From: an uncultured Verrucomicrobiae bacterium
Lineage (GTDB): Bacteria > Verrucomicrobiota > Verrucomicrobiia > Palsa-1439
Reading direction: 5' to 3'
Assembly: GCA_963812605.1 (NCBI GenBank)
Contig: CAWEWF010000006.1
Span: 160,001-224,000, forward strand
Length of the DNA stretch: 64,000 nucleotides
The translations under genes and the position numbers were made by a program. The notes under the pieces were generated by a model, which made no database searches, was not told the DNA's origin, and saw only the letters and a program-made list of their open reading frames with translations. This document shows, piece by piece, positions 42,378 to 51,568 of this stretch (its first letter is position 1; the number at the start of each line of letters is the position of its first letter).

Positions 42378-44334
42378 CTACGGCACCAGCCGCACACGGT
42401 AGTAGCGGGAGGGGTTGTTGGTCGCGCCGCCCACATCAAGGAAGTTGGTGATGGCGCCGGGCATGGAATTATTCGTAACAACGAAGATGTTGGTGAATCC
42501 GTTCGTGGTATAACCGCCACCGGGTCCACCCGAGGTGGCCTGCAAGGCGTTCGTCTGTCCCGGGCCCATCATCCAGGTAAGGAGCAGATCGTTGCCTTGC
42601 CGTGTGATCGATATGATCCGGAATGCGTTCGTATTGAAGACAACGCTGCCGGCGATGAGCATGCCGCCCGTGTGGATGAATTGGCCACAAGCATTCGTCA
42701 AAATGAGTGAGTCGGTCTGCAGCACGCCTCCACTCAGAATCAATTGTCCGCCACGCACATCGATGAACGCGTTGTGCGCCGCGTTGGTGGCAATGAGGCT
42801 GCCACTGTCCAACTCAACCAGATTGTCGCAGGTGGGCGATTCCAGTCCCACCGTAAGGTTCGTGGCGAAAACCGACCCGCCATCGATCACCAATGAATTG
42901 CTCGACCCCCGATCACCGATCGTCAGCGCGCCATTCTGCCAAAGGCCCCCGCCAACCACTCGCACGCGGTTACTGCTGCCGCCAAGCTGGGAACCCACGA
43001 CACCCGAAGCGTCGAATACCTGGCCACCATTGCTAATCACCAGGCTGTTCCCTGCGCCCAATGACCCGACAGTGAGGGTGGAGGCGTTGCTCCACACCGA
43101 GCCGCTGCCGCTCACCACGGCATTGTTATTGGTCCCGCCGTTGTACCCGATGTAGGAGTTGTCAGTGACGACTTCGCCGCTGTTGCTGATAGTTAATGAG
43201 TTCCCAGAGCCGGAATCGCCGACATGAAGTTCCGCTGTGATCCATGATGACCCGCTGCCCTTCACAACCACTTTGTTATTGTCGGAAATCGGGCTGCCGG
43301 TGCCGATGCGACCATCACCGCTAATGACAGCGCCGCCGTTGTCGATGACCAGCGTGTTTCCACCCCCGTTACCACCGCTATAGCCAATGCCAAGCTCACC
43401 CCCCGTATTCCAGACTGATCCGCTACCAGTGACAAAAACCTCATTCCTCATGCCGCCGACAAGACCGTTGCCATCGATGGCAACGCCTCCATTGCTGACG
43501 GTCAGCGAGTTGCCGACATTGAAGTCTTCCAACCCGACAGTCAGTGTGTTCAGGTTGCTCCAGACCGACCGGAACCAGTCACAACAACGCTATTGTTGCT
43601 CCCGTAATTACCTCCAATGGCGGCACCGCCAATCCAGCCACCATCGCTGGCTATCGAGCCGCCGTTGCTGATCACCAACGAATTGCCACTGCCTGAATTG
43701 CCGATAATGAGGTCGCCAGTATTCGTCCACACGGATCCGCTGCCGGTGACCACCATGCGATTGCCGTCGCTGCCGGGGAGTTGGCCCGCTGCGGAATCCG
43801 ATGCCCGCCGTCGATCGCACCACCGCCGCTGATCACCAGTGAGTTGGCACTGCCGTAATCGCCGGTTTCCCAATCAAAAGTGATGCTCAAGACCGATCCG
43901 GTGCCGGTGACCACCACGCTGTTGTTATTGGCCCCCGGCTGGGCGCCGGCATTGAGGGCAGCGATTACTTCCGCCCCGCTACTAACGGTGAGCGAATTGC
44001 TGCTGCCGTAGTAGCCGACGAACAAACCACCAGAGTTCAGCTGGATCCACGCCGACCCGCTGCCGCTGACCACCAGGCTGTTGCCGTCAGCGCTCGCCAC
44101 ATACCCGATGTAGGCGTCATATCCGTTTGTTACAAACTGGACGCCGTCGTTGACGATTTGGAGCTGGTCACCGGAATTCGTGTCGCCGATATAGAAAAAC
44201 TGTGCGGCCCAGCCGTTGCTCACGCCGCTGATGGTAATAGTCTGGTTATCACCAGAGAATTGCGCGCGGGCAGAATTGCCGGACAAACATCCGAACAATG
44301 TGCACACAGCGACCGTCAAATGCCGTTTTATCAT
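42378..44334 (-). CDS. Secreted T5SS/PEP-CTERM-associated beta-repeat protein with RYYR C-terminal domain, two or more frameshifts
   Basis: Signal peptide; repeated VTGSGSVW...[10 protein letters not shown] units across ORFs 43672-44448, 43550-43873, 42378-43532; ends [13 protein letters not shown]. Confidence 0.85.
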
Positions 44335-44467
44335 CACCGCGCCCCTTCCCCACGCCCAGAGTGAATCTCGCCTTGTGACACCGGCACACAGTCGAACAGA
44401 AGTTACCGCAGAAGTCAAGAAAACGCTGGGCCGGACGGTATGCCCCACCCCTTCTTCGCGTAGAGCC

Positions 44468-44751
44468 GGCCCTTCCTACCGTGTGGACATCCGCCGGCGC
44501 CAGGTTAATGGTCGTCCGCCCCATGACGTACTTGAACCCGCTGTTCCCAATGGCCGTCTTCACCCGGTCGCGCGACTCCTTCACCGCCGCGTCCGGCAAG
44601 CCCACGATAATGACCGCCGGTCTGCCTCCACCCCGCGTTCACCTCAATCTCAATGGGATAGGAATCAATGCCCAGAACCGCCGCAGAGTGAACTTTCGCG
44701 AGCATGATTGTCTCTTGTAACCGAAACGCCACCGCAAGTCGAACGAGTTTT
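44468..44751 (-). pseudogene. comM: Duplicated comM 5' end (about 75 codons) with upstream motif
   Basis: ATG 44705 [26 protein letters not shown]...[39 protein letters not shown]; upstream 16-mer at 44736-44751. Confidence 0.92.
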
Positions 44752-44766
44752 GCCGGAAAAGCGGGC

Positions 44767-45786
44767 TCAGCGGTCGACCGGCCCCCTGCTCTCACTATTT
44801 TCCTGGCGGTGGAGCTGCTCGAAACCGAAATCGAAAAGCGCCGTGGCATCCGTCCATTTGTTCGCGCTATGCAACAGGACCAGATACAGCTCATGGCCGT
44901 CGCGGGTGGCAGACGCGGCAAAGGTGTGTCGGGAGCGGTGCGTCCAGCCCGTCTTGGCTGGCCCCATGCCGGGATACACGCCCAGGAGCTTGTTGTGATT
45001 CTTCAGCGTTTGCGGACCGGCCGCCGTCTTCAGCGCGAGGCTGGGCGTGCAACAAATTTCGCGCAGGTCCGGCACCGCCATCGCGGCCCGAAATATTCTT
45101 AACAAATCCTCGGCGGTGGTCACCTGGCCGGGCGCGGGCAGGCCGTTCGGGTTTTTGAACAGGCTGTTGGTGCAGCCCAGTTCGCGGGCGCGGGCGTTCA
45201 TCAGCGCCACAAACTTTTCCACCGAGCCGCCCGTGTGCCGCGCCAGCGCCAGGGCGGAATCGTTGTCCGAGCCGATGAGCAGGGATTGCACCAGGGTTTT
45301 GACCGGGACAGTCTCCCCGGTTCGCAACGGAATCCGGCTGGGTTCGACGAGCGTGTCTGCCTGCTCGATGACAACTTCGCCTTCGAGGTGCGTCCTCTCA
45401 TACACCAGCAGCGCCGTTAGCAATTTGAGAGTGCTCGCCGGCGGGAAGGCCTTGACGGGATTCCGGCTGAAGAGAACCTTGCCGCTCGCGGCATCCACCA
45501 GAAGCGCGCTGCGAGCCTGCACTTTTGGATTGAGTGGCGTCAGGGCATTGGTCTGAACCGCTGCCCCAGCCAGCGGCAATTGCAGGAACAGCAGCGCGCC
45601 TACAAGAATGCGGCGAAGGTGGCACTCGGCAGCAACAGTTTTCACCCGATCACGGGATTCTTTGGCGACCGCATCGGGAGGACCAACAAGCATCACTTGT
45701 GGTTGTCCGCAAACGGAGCTGACTTCGATTTCTATCGGATAAGCGTCGATCCCGAGAACCGCGGCAGAATGAACTTTGGGCAGCAT
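44767..45786 (-). CDS. D-Ala-D-Ala carboxypeptidase (S11) fused in frame behind a 50-codon comM 5' fragment
   Basis: PASTLK (SxxK), SDN, KTG motifs; N-terminus [22 protein letters not shown]...KESRDRVKT. Confidence 0.88.
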   Translation of the reverse strand: MLPKVHSAAVLGIDAYPIEIEVSSVCGQPQVMLVGPPDAVAKESRDRVKTVAAECHLRRILVGALLFLQLPLAGAAVQTNALTPLNPKVQARSALLVDAASGKVLFSRNPVKAFPPASTLKLLTALLVYERTHLEGEVVIEQADTLVEPSRIPLRTGETVPVKTLVQSLLIGSDNDSALALARHTGGSVEKFVALMNARARELGCTNSLFKNPNGLPAPGQVTTAEDLLRIFRAAMAVPDLREICCTPSLALKTAAGPQTLKNHNKLLGVYPGMGPAKTGWTHRSRHTFAASATRDGHELYLVLLHSANKWTDATALFDFGFEQLHRQENSESRGPVDR

Positions 45787-45831
45787 CTGAAGAGTAATAG
45801 TGGAAAGCCTCGCCCAAGTCGAACGAGTTTT
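45637..45831 (-). pseudogene. comM: Second, more diverged comM 5' fragment with upstream motif
   Basis: 50 codons homologous to the comM N-terminus; 16-mer at 45816-45831. Confidence 0.88.
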
Positions 45832-46074
45832 CTGCGATTTGACTCTGCCGCTTCTACGGCAAAACGTCAAAATGATGGAACCCAAATAAAGGCGGTTGGA
45901 ATATCGAGCGCCACGCTATCGGGCTTTCATACAAAGCAGCGTCTCATCGCCTTTCGCCTCGATAAGGCCATGGGCAAGGCCACCGATAATCTTCTGGCGG
46001 CCCTGCCCATACCTCTAATACCAAGGCTCGGATGAAAACACGCGCGTATCACCGCGTGCTGCCGGCCTCAACGA

Positions 46075-46785
46075 CTATGAATTGCGCCGACGACGCAGAC
46101 CGAACAATCCCGCCAAACCGGCTCCGATGACGACGAGCGACACGCTGGCAGGCTCCGGAATCAACTGGATGCTGTTGAACGTTATATCGTAATTGCCCCC
46201 GGGCATATTAGGAAGAACGGACGGATCCAGGTCAAGGTTGAACGAGTAGATGTGATCGTTTCCACCCGCAATTTTGGACATCTGCCCCGCCATGAGAGGC
46301 TCCGTCATCGTGCCCACGTTGCCATTCCATACACACTGCGGAGGACCGGTGGGATTATTGTTTGGGCCACTGTACGGCATGTTGTAATTGAATTGCGTTG
46401 GCGGAGGCAAGTCATCATTGAGCACCAACTGGCCGGGTGAGAAGTAAACCCAATTATTGATGTTTCCGTTCACCGTGATCGTGAGCTGAACTGACGTGTC
46501 AGCCGCATTCAAGGTTTGAACACCGGAGTTGATGACAAAATTGCAACCACCATAACCTCCGTTGGTCGGGGCCACAACCTCGATACCGGTCGATGTGAAA
46601 CTAATCGCGGCGCCGCCGCCGGGTGCCCAATCGCCGTAGGAACCATTCGATGAAACGTTGCTCAAATACTGACCTCCGGTGACGTATTGGGCCTGCGTCG
46701 AGCCGGCCAAGGTCAACCCAGTCACCACGGCAAGCATGGTGATCAGTTGTTTCGTTGGGGCTTTGTACTTCATAGAATACCTCAT
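46075..46785 (-). CDS. PEP-CTERM sorting-domain protein
   Basis: Signal peptide; C-terminus IPEPAS + hydrophobic helix + RRRRNS. Confidence 0.92.
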   Translation of the reverse strand: MRYSMKYKAPTKQLITMLAVVTGLTLAGSTQAQYVTGGQYLSNVSSNGSYGDWAPGGGAAISFTSTGIEVVAPTNGGYGGCNFVINSGVQTLNAADTSVQLTITVNGNINNWVYFSPGQLVLNDDLPPPTQFNYNMPYSGPNNNPTGPPQCVWNGNVGTMTEPLMAGQMSKIAGGNDHIYSFNLDLDPSVLPNMPGGNYDITFNSIQLIPEPASVSLVVIGAGLAGLFGLRRRRNS

Positions 46786-46939
46786 GTTAATCCCTTTCTC
46801 GCATTTCTCCCGTCGTTTCCAGAGAGCACACGTGCTGCGATTGTTTCCCCGCCGCACGGCTATCTGGGTTTCTCCACACTCGTCTCGCTTCGAGTGCAAA
46901 TCATACCTGAACTTGTGTCTAAAGGAACAACAACCTTAC

Positions 46940-46949
46940 TTTACGTAAA
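46940..46949. promoter_or_regulatory. TTTACGTAAA palindrome, candidate operator 1
   Basis: Perfect palindrome upstream of the PEP-CTERM gene. Confidence 0.8.
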
Positions 46950-47102
46950 CTTGCCGACTTTTCGGCGGTTTTTCGCTTGTTTTGACATCTCCCAAAAGCC
47001 GCGGAGCGCAGCCGTTCGATAGGCTCACCGAGTCGTGAACGCAGGCTCTTGTTACTTGGTTTCCTGTCATCGTCTCGACTGTGCTCCACAGAATGTTCCA
47101 AC

Positions 47103-49691
47103 CTACGGCACCAGCACGCGCACTCGATAGTAGCGCGTCGGCCCGGTCACTACATTGGTTTCGATGAAACTCGTCACCATACCCAGGCCGCTGCCCCCGC
47201 TCAGAATGTTGGTCTGACCGGTGCTGATAAAGTTATTCGAGGAATAGCTGCCGTTGGCCGTGCCGGTGGTGAACTCCAGCACGTTGGTGCGCGAAGCGAG
47301 GCCGGGCGACCACGTGCTGTCGCCACTGGCGCCGAGATACGTGATCACCAGGTTGGCCGGGTTCGCCTTCGCAATACTAATAATGTGCGGGTAGGCCGCG
47401 CTATTGGTCGGATTGAACCCGGCCAGGAATTGGTTGGTATTGCTGATGCCCTTGCCCAGCGGATCGGCATTAGGTCCGCTGTAGGCGGGATTCCCCAGTT
47501 CAGCCATGCTGAAATAATTGCTCTGCCATGTCGCGAACGGATCTGGCGTCGCCGCACTCGCCGTCACGTCCACGATCTGCATGTCGTTCAGGAAGCCTCG
47601 ATTCCCCTGACCACCACCAAAGCCCGAACCCATGAAATCGATGTACATGGCTCCGCTGGCCGATGGAGAAATCGGGCCAATGACCGCCAGCCGGTCCACA
47701 TTAAAAGCCCCGAGGACATTACCGCCGACACAAAGGTTGGTCGAAGCGATCAGCGATGTATAATTCGTGTCACTGTACACGTTGTAGACCGTCAGGACAT
47801 CGGCGTCCGGAGGGGCATTGTAGCCATGCGAGCCGAAGAAGGTCAGCGTGTATTGGTGCGACGGATTCATGTTCTGCAGAATGAAGTGCGCATTGACATA
47901 ATACTGGCAGACGGCCGTATCGATGCCCAGGTAGCCGAGCGCGTTGGTGTTAATGATGGCGTTGGTCGGGCTACTGACGGTCCCAACCCCAAGAGGAACG
48001 GCAGCGGGGCTATTGTAAGAGTCCGCTCCAAATCGAGTGGGAACGTTCGCATTGGTGTACGCGGGTTTGCTGGTGTCGAACTTGACGGTCATCGCTGTCG
48101 CCGCGCCGGCGGCATTGGTGAGAGCAACCGGATTGCCGTAATAATTCGTGTCCATGCTGTTCCAGTAATGCCCCAAGGTATCCGGACTCGGGTTGGCGAA
48201 GCCGCGGTCGGTGGGGGGTGTGCTAGTGGAGTTAAAATTGAGCAACCAGGTCGCATTGACGGGCGGCGCCGTGGCGGCGGGGTACGGGTCCAGATCGACA
48301 AGTGACATCGTGTTTAGGTAGCCAGCATACTGCGGAGGGCCATTAGTGCAATTGCCTACGCTATTCGTTCCAAAGAATAAAATGTAGAGGACGGTGTCAG
48401 CTGGCCCCGTGATTCCGCTCGCTGTCGCCAGCCGGTCCTCATTGTTGAATTGTCCACTGCCGACTTTGAGCGTGGGCGAGGCAAGTGTGGAACCCCCACT
48501 GTTCTGGATATAGTAGGTTGTGAGTTCACTCGCCGGATACTTTATCGACCCGAAGAAGTTGAGCGCGTATTGATGCGTCGGATCCAAGTTGTCGAATACG
48601 AGTTCTTGGGATACGTAGTAGTCGGAGACGGCTGTCGGGACGCCCAGATAGCCGAGGGCGTTGGTCGCAATGTTAGAGAAGGCGTTCGTGCGAGTAGTTC
48701 CATCCGGATCGGAATCCGGCCCGTTGTAAGAGTCAAACCCGCCGCACAACCCCCCAACCGGTTCCGCAGAATACGCCACGGAGTTGATCTGGTTGACCGC
48801 GTTCGTCATGGGGAACAAAACAGCGGGGCTCACACTGTTCCAGTAATGCCCCTGGACATCCGGATTCGGCGTGACAAAGCCGTGGGTGGTGTTCGTGTTC
48901 CCCATTTGGATGAGAGTAGTCTTCGTTACGACCGAGGCGGGTGGCGGCGTATTCGTGCTCGGACCCTGCGTGAGCTGCATACAGTTGAGATAACCACCGG
49001 CTCCGTTGGTGCCGATTCCTCCATTGACGGTGTTCGTTCCCAAGAATTGGACGTAGAGGGTGCCATTCTGCGGCGGCAGGACGGTAGCGCTCACCACCAT
49101 GTTCGAGTTGGGGACTGATGGATTGGCGGGGTACTGTGCATACTCGGCAACCGCAGTTTCCAGCATGGTGTAGGCGCTGTTCGTAAAAATGGAATAGACC
49201 GTGTAATCACTTGGGCTGGCGCTATGCGACCCAAAAAAGGTGAGGGTGTACGTCCGCGATGGATACAGGTTTTGGAGTTCAAATTCGGAATTGACGTAAT
49301 AGTTATACACCGCCTGCTGAATGCCCAGGTTGCCGAGCGCATTCGTGTCGATGACGCAGTTGGCGGGGGTCCCCGGCGGAACCGGTCCGGCGGGCCCGTT
49401 GTTGGCGTCCGTATTGCCGACCTTGCCAACTTCAAATCCAAACGCCGCGGCCCAAGTTCTTCCCACCGTGCCGTCAATGTTTGTCAGAACAGGGAAGAAC
49501 TGGCTACTATCGACGCTATTCCAGTAATGCCCGTGGATGTCCGGACTGGGCGCGTTGGTGCCGTTCAAAGTCTGGTTGTCACCCATCTTGATCAAGACGG
49601 TTTGACTTTGGGCGGGCAGAACGAATCCCAGGACGAGCGTCAGCAGAGCCGCGACAAAACTGAAATTAGCTGTTACCTTGCGAATCCTCAT
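47103..49691 (-). CDS. Secreted protein with three ~200-aa PDxxGHYWNS repeats and RYYR C-terminal domain
   Basis: Signal peptide; 3x (PD..GHYWNS...TNALG.LG...YYV...FFGS...G[YF]LN.M); ends GPTRYYRVRVLVP. Confidence 0.88.
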   Translation of the reverse strand: MRIRKVTANFSFVAALLTLVLGFVLPAQSQTVLIKMGDNQTLNGTNAPSPDIHGHYWNSVDSSQFFPVLTNIDGTVGRTWAAAFGFEVGKVGNTDANNGPAGPVPPGTPANCVIDTNALGNLGIQQAVYNYYVNSEFELQNLYPSRTYTLTFFGSHSASPSDYTVYSIFTNSAYTMLETAVAEYAQYPANPSVPNSNMVVSATVLPPQNGTLYVQFLGTNTVNGGIGTNGAGGYLNCMQLTQGPSTNTPPPASVVTKTTLIQMGNTNTTHGFVTPNPDVQGHYWNSVSPAVLFPMTNAVNQINSVAYSAEPVGGLCGGFDSYNGPDSDPDGTTRTNAFSNIATNALGYLGVPTAVSDYYVSQELVFDNLDPTHQYALNFFGSIKYPASELTTYYIQNSGGSTLASPTLKVGSGQFNNEDRLATASGITGPADTVLYILFFGTNSVGNCTNGPPQYAGYLNTMSLVDLDPYPAATAPPVNATWLLNFNSTSTPPTDRGFANPSPDTLGHYWNSMDTNYYGNPVALTNAAGAATAMTVKFDTSKPAYTNANVPTRFGADSYNSPAAVPLGVGTVSSPTNAIINTNALGYLGIDTAVCQYYVNAHFILQNMNPSHQYTLTFFGSHGYNAPPDADVLTVYNVYSDTNYTSLIASTNLCVGGNVLGAFNVDRLAVIGPISPSASGAMYIDFMGSGFGGGQGNRGFLNDMQIVDVTASAATPDPFATWQSNYFSMAELGNPAYSGPNADPLGKGISNTNQFLAGFNPTNSAAYPHIISIAKANPANLVITYLGASGDSTWSPGLASRTNVLEFTTGTANGSYSSNNFISTGQTNILSGGSGLGMVTSFIETNVVTGPTRYYRVRVLVP

Positions 49692-49829
49692 GGTTTTCCC
49701 CTTCTGTTGTGCCGGCTGCAAATAATCTTCTGCCACGCCTTACCTGATCCCATCTCGCCTTGTACTTTGGAATCTACTCGTTACGAATTATCAACCCGCC
49801 TCTTTCCCGTCGCAGCTGTCCCATAATCC

Positions 49830-50633
49830 TCAGGGCAAACTATCGAAGCTGTTGAGGGCATCGCAAAATGTTTGGCTGGTGCCTTGCGCTGTGGTGATTA
49901 GTCCCACATGGCCATCCAGGTAAAGCCCCAAGGCCGCATCGCCGTATGCATAATTGAGATACTTCCAACCGTTTACTCCATCTGGCACGGGATTGGCAGT
50001 ATAGGTACCCCACTCGACCAGATCGTAGGTGCCGAAATCCGGCGAGAGCGCCCCGCCCGTCCCGACCGACCCCGTCATGATGATTGGCTCAATGTTCCCG
50101 ACCATCGCCGCGTCGCCATCGCGCCGATACTTGCACCCGCCGCCGATCAGCGCATTACAGGTATATGAGATCTGAAAGAACTTGGCCATGGCATAACTGC
50201 CGCGACCAACCAAGTGCTCTTGTTGACCGTATTTTCGAACCATGAGCGGGCACCACATCGTTTCGGCGTAGCTTGGTTTGCCCATGGTCGATATGTATGT
50301 ACCCGTTGGGTCGATAGGGATCACGCCGTAGGTGTGTTCCCAGACATTGCGCCGCCACGTGTAATCGGTGTTCCCATTGGGATTGGGAAGGTTGCCCAAC
50401 GGCTTGGGCCAATACCCGTCGAAATCGTCGACATACATACGCACCGCCAAAAAGATTTGCTTCAGATTGCTGATGGATTTCGCGGTCATCGCCTTGTCGC
50501 GGGCTTTGTTCAAAGCCGGAAGCAGCATGGCCGCCAGGATGCCGATAATCGCAATGACAACGAGCAGTTCAATGAGCGTAAACGCGCTTCTCGGCGCACG
50601 TTCTTTGAAACGAAAGCTGTTTTTATTGGTCAT
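49830..50633 (-). CDS. Prepilin-type N-terminal cleavage/methylation protein with H-X9-DG-like C-terminal motif
   Basis: [31 protein letters not shown]; C-terminal [14 protein letters not shown]. Confidence 0.92.
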   Translation of the reverse strand: MTNKNSFRFKERAPRSAFTLIELLVVIAIIGILAAMLLPALNKARDKAMTAKSISNLKQIFLAVRMYVDDFDGYWPKPLGNLPNPNGNTDYTWRRNVWEHTYGVIPIDPTGTYISTMGKPSYAETMWCPLMVRKYGQQEHLVGRGSYAMAKFFQISYTCNALIGGGCKYRRDGDAAMVGNIEPIIMTGSVGTGGALSPDFGTYDLVEWGTYTANPVPDGVNGWKYLNYAYGDAALGLYLDGHVGLITTAQGTSQTFCDALNSFDSLP

Positions 50634-50761
50634 GAGTCCGCTTCCTCTGTTCCAAATCGGGAACGTGACGCTTCCCGTTCCCATCTCAAGCTTAGAAATC
50701 CCGCACTCTTCAACGATGCCCAGTCTCGCAGGTGTATCTTCCACGCGCAACGAGAAGCATA

Positions 50762-50773
50762 CTTTACGTAAAG
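50762..50773. promoter_or_regulatory. CTTTACGTAAAG palindrome, candidate operator 2
   Basis: Upstream of the pilin-like gene. Confidence 0.8.
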
Positions 50774-50872
50774 CCCCCGTATTGGCAGCCTTTACCGGGC
50801 TCCCTGCCAGCTAGGCCAATCCGCCCGTCCGCCCAGGTGGCAACCAACACCGTCGATGGTTTTCTGATCCAT

Positions 50873-51538
50873 TTAGCCACAGATACTTTCCATCAAAATC
50901 AACTCGTCGGGGGAAATACCGGACAAATTCGCCGCGGACCGGGTCGCCCGCGGGTGACCCATGGCGGCGCCGACCGCCAACACACTCATACCGGCGGCCA
51001 ACGCCGCCTCGACACCGGCTCCTGCGTCTTCCACCACCAAACATTCCTCCGGAGAAATACCGAGCCGCATTGCCGTGATCGCAAATACCTCGGGATTCGG
51101 TTTCGACCGGGTTATATGGTTGCCGTCGGTAATGATATCGAACTTATCTTCCAGACCGAGGGCCCGCAGGGTCGCGTGGGCATTCTTGCTTGAGGAACCA
51201 ATCGCGATTTTCACCCGCCGGTCCTTCAGGGCCTTGATCACATCGGCGACTCCGGGCAAAATGTCAGCCGGCGATAATGCCTTCAACAACTCGCGATAAT
51301 GGACATTCTTGCGCTCGGCCATTTCGCGTTTCTCATCCAGCGAATACCGCCTGGTTGATTTCTCCAACAGGATCTCCAGGGACTCCATTCGACTGACGCC
51401 ACGCAGGCGGTCGTTCGATTCGCGGCCAAACGGAATCCCCAGGGAATCGGCCAGTCGCTTCCACGCTTGGAAGTGGTACTCATCCGTCGAAACGATGACT
51501 CCATCGAGATCAAAGATAACGGCTTTGATTGTTCTCAT
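50873..51538 (-). CDS. pgmB: Beta-phosphoglucomutase
   Basis: FDLDGVIVSTDEYHFQAW, GVSRMESL, SSSKNA, SKPNPEVF, VVEDAGAGV. Confidence 0.93.
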   Translation of the reverse strand: MRTIKAVIFDLDGVIVSTDEYHFQAWKRLADSLGIPFGRESNDRLRGVSRMESLEILLEKSTRRYSLDEKREMAERKNVHYRELLKALSPADILPGVADVIKALKDRRVKIAIGSSSKNAHATLRALGLEDKFDIITDGNHITRSKPNPEVFAITAMRLGISPEECLVVEDAGAGVEAALAAGMSVLAVGAAMGHPRATRSAANLSGISPDELILMESICG

Positions 51539-51568
51539 TCGCTGGCGTGCTCTGTGGAAACTACCGGT

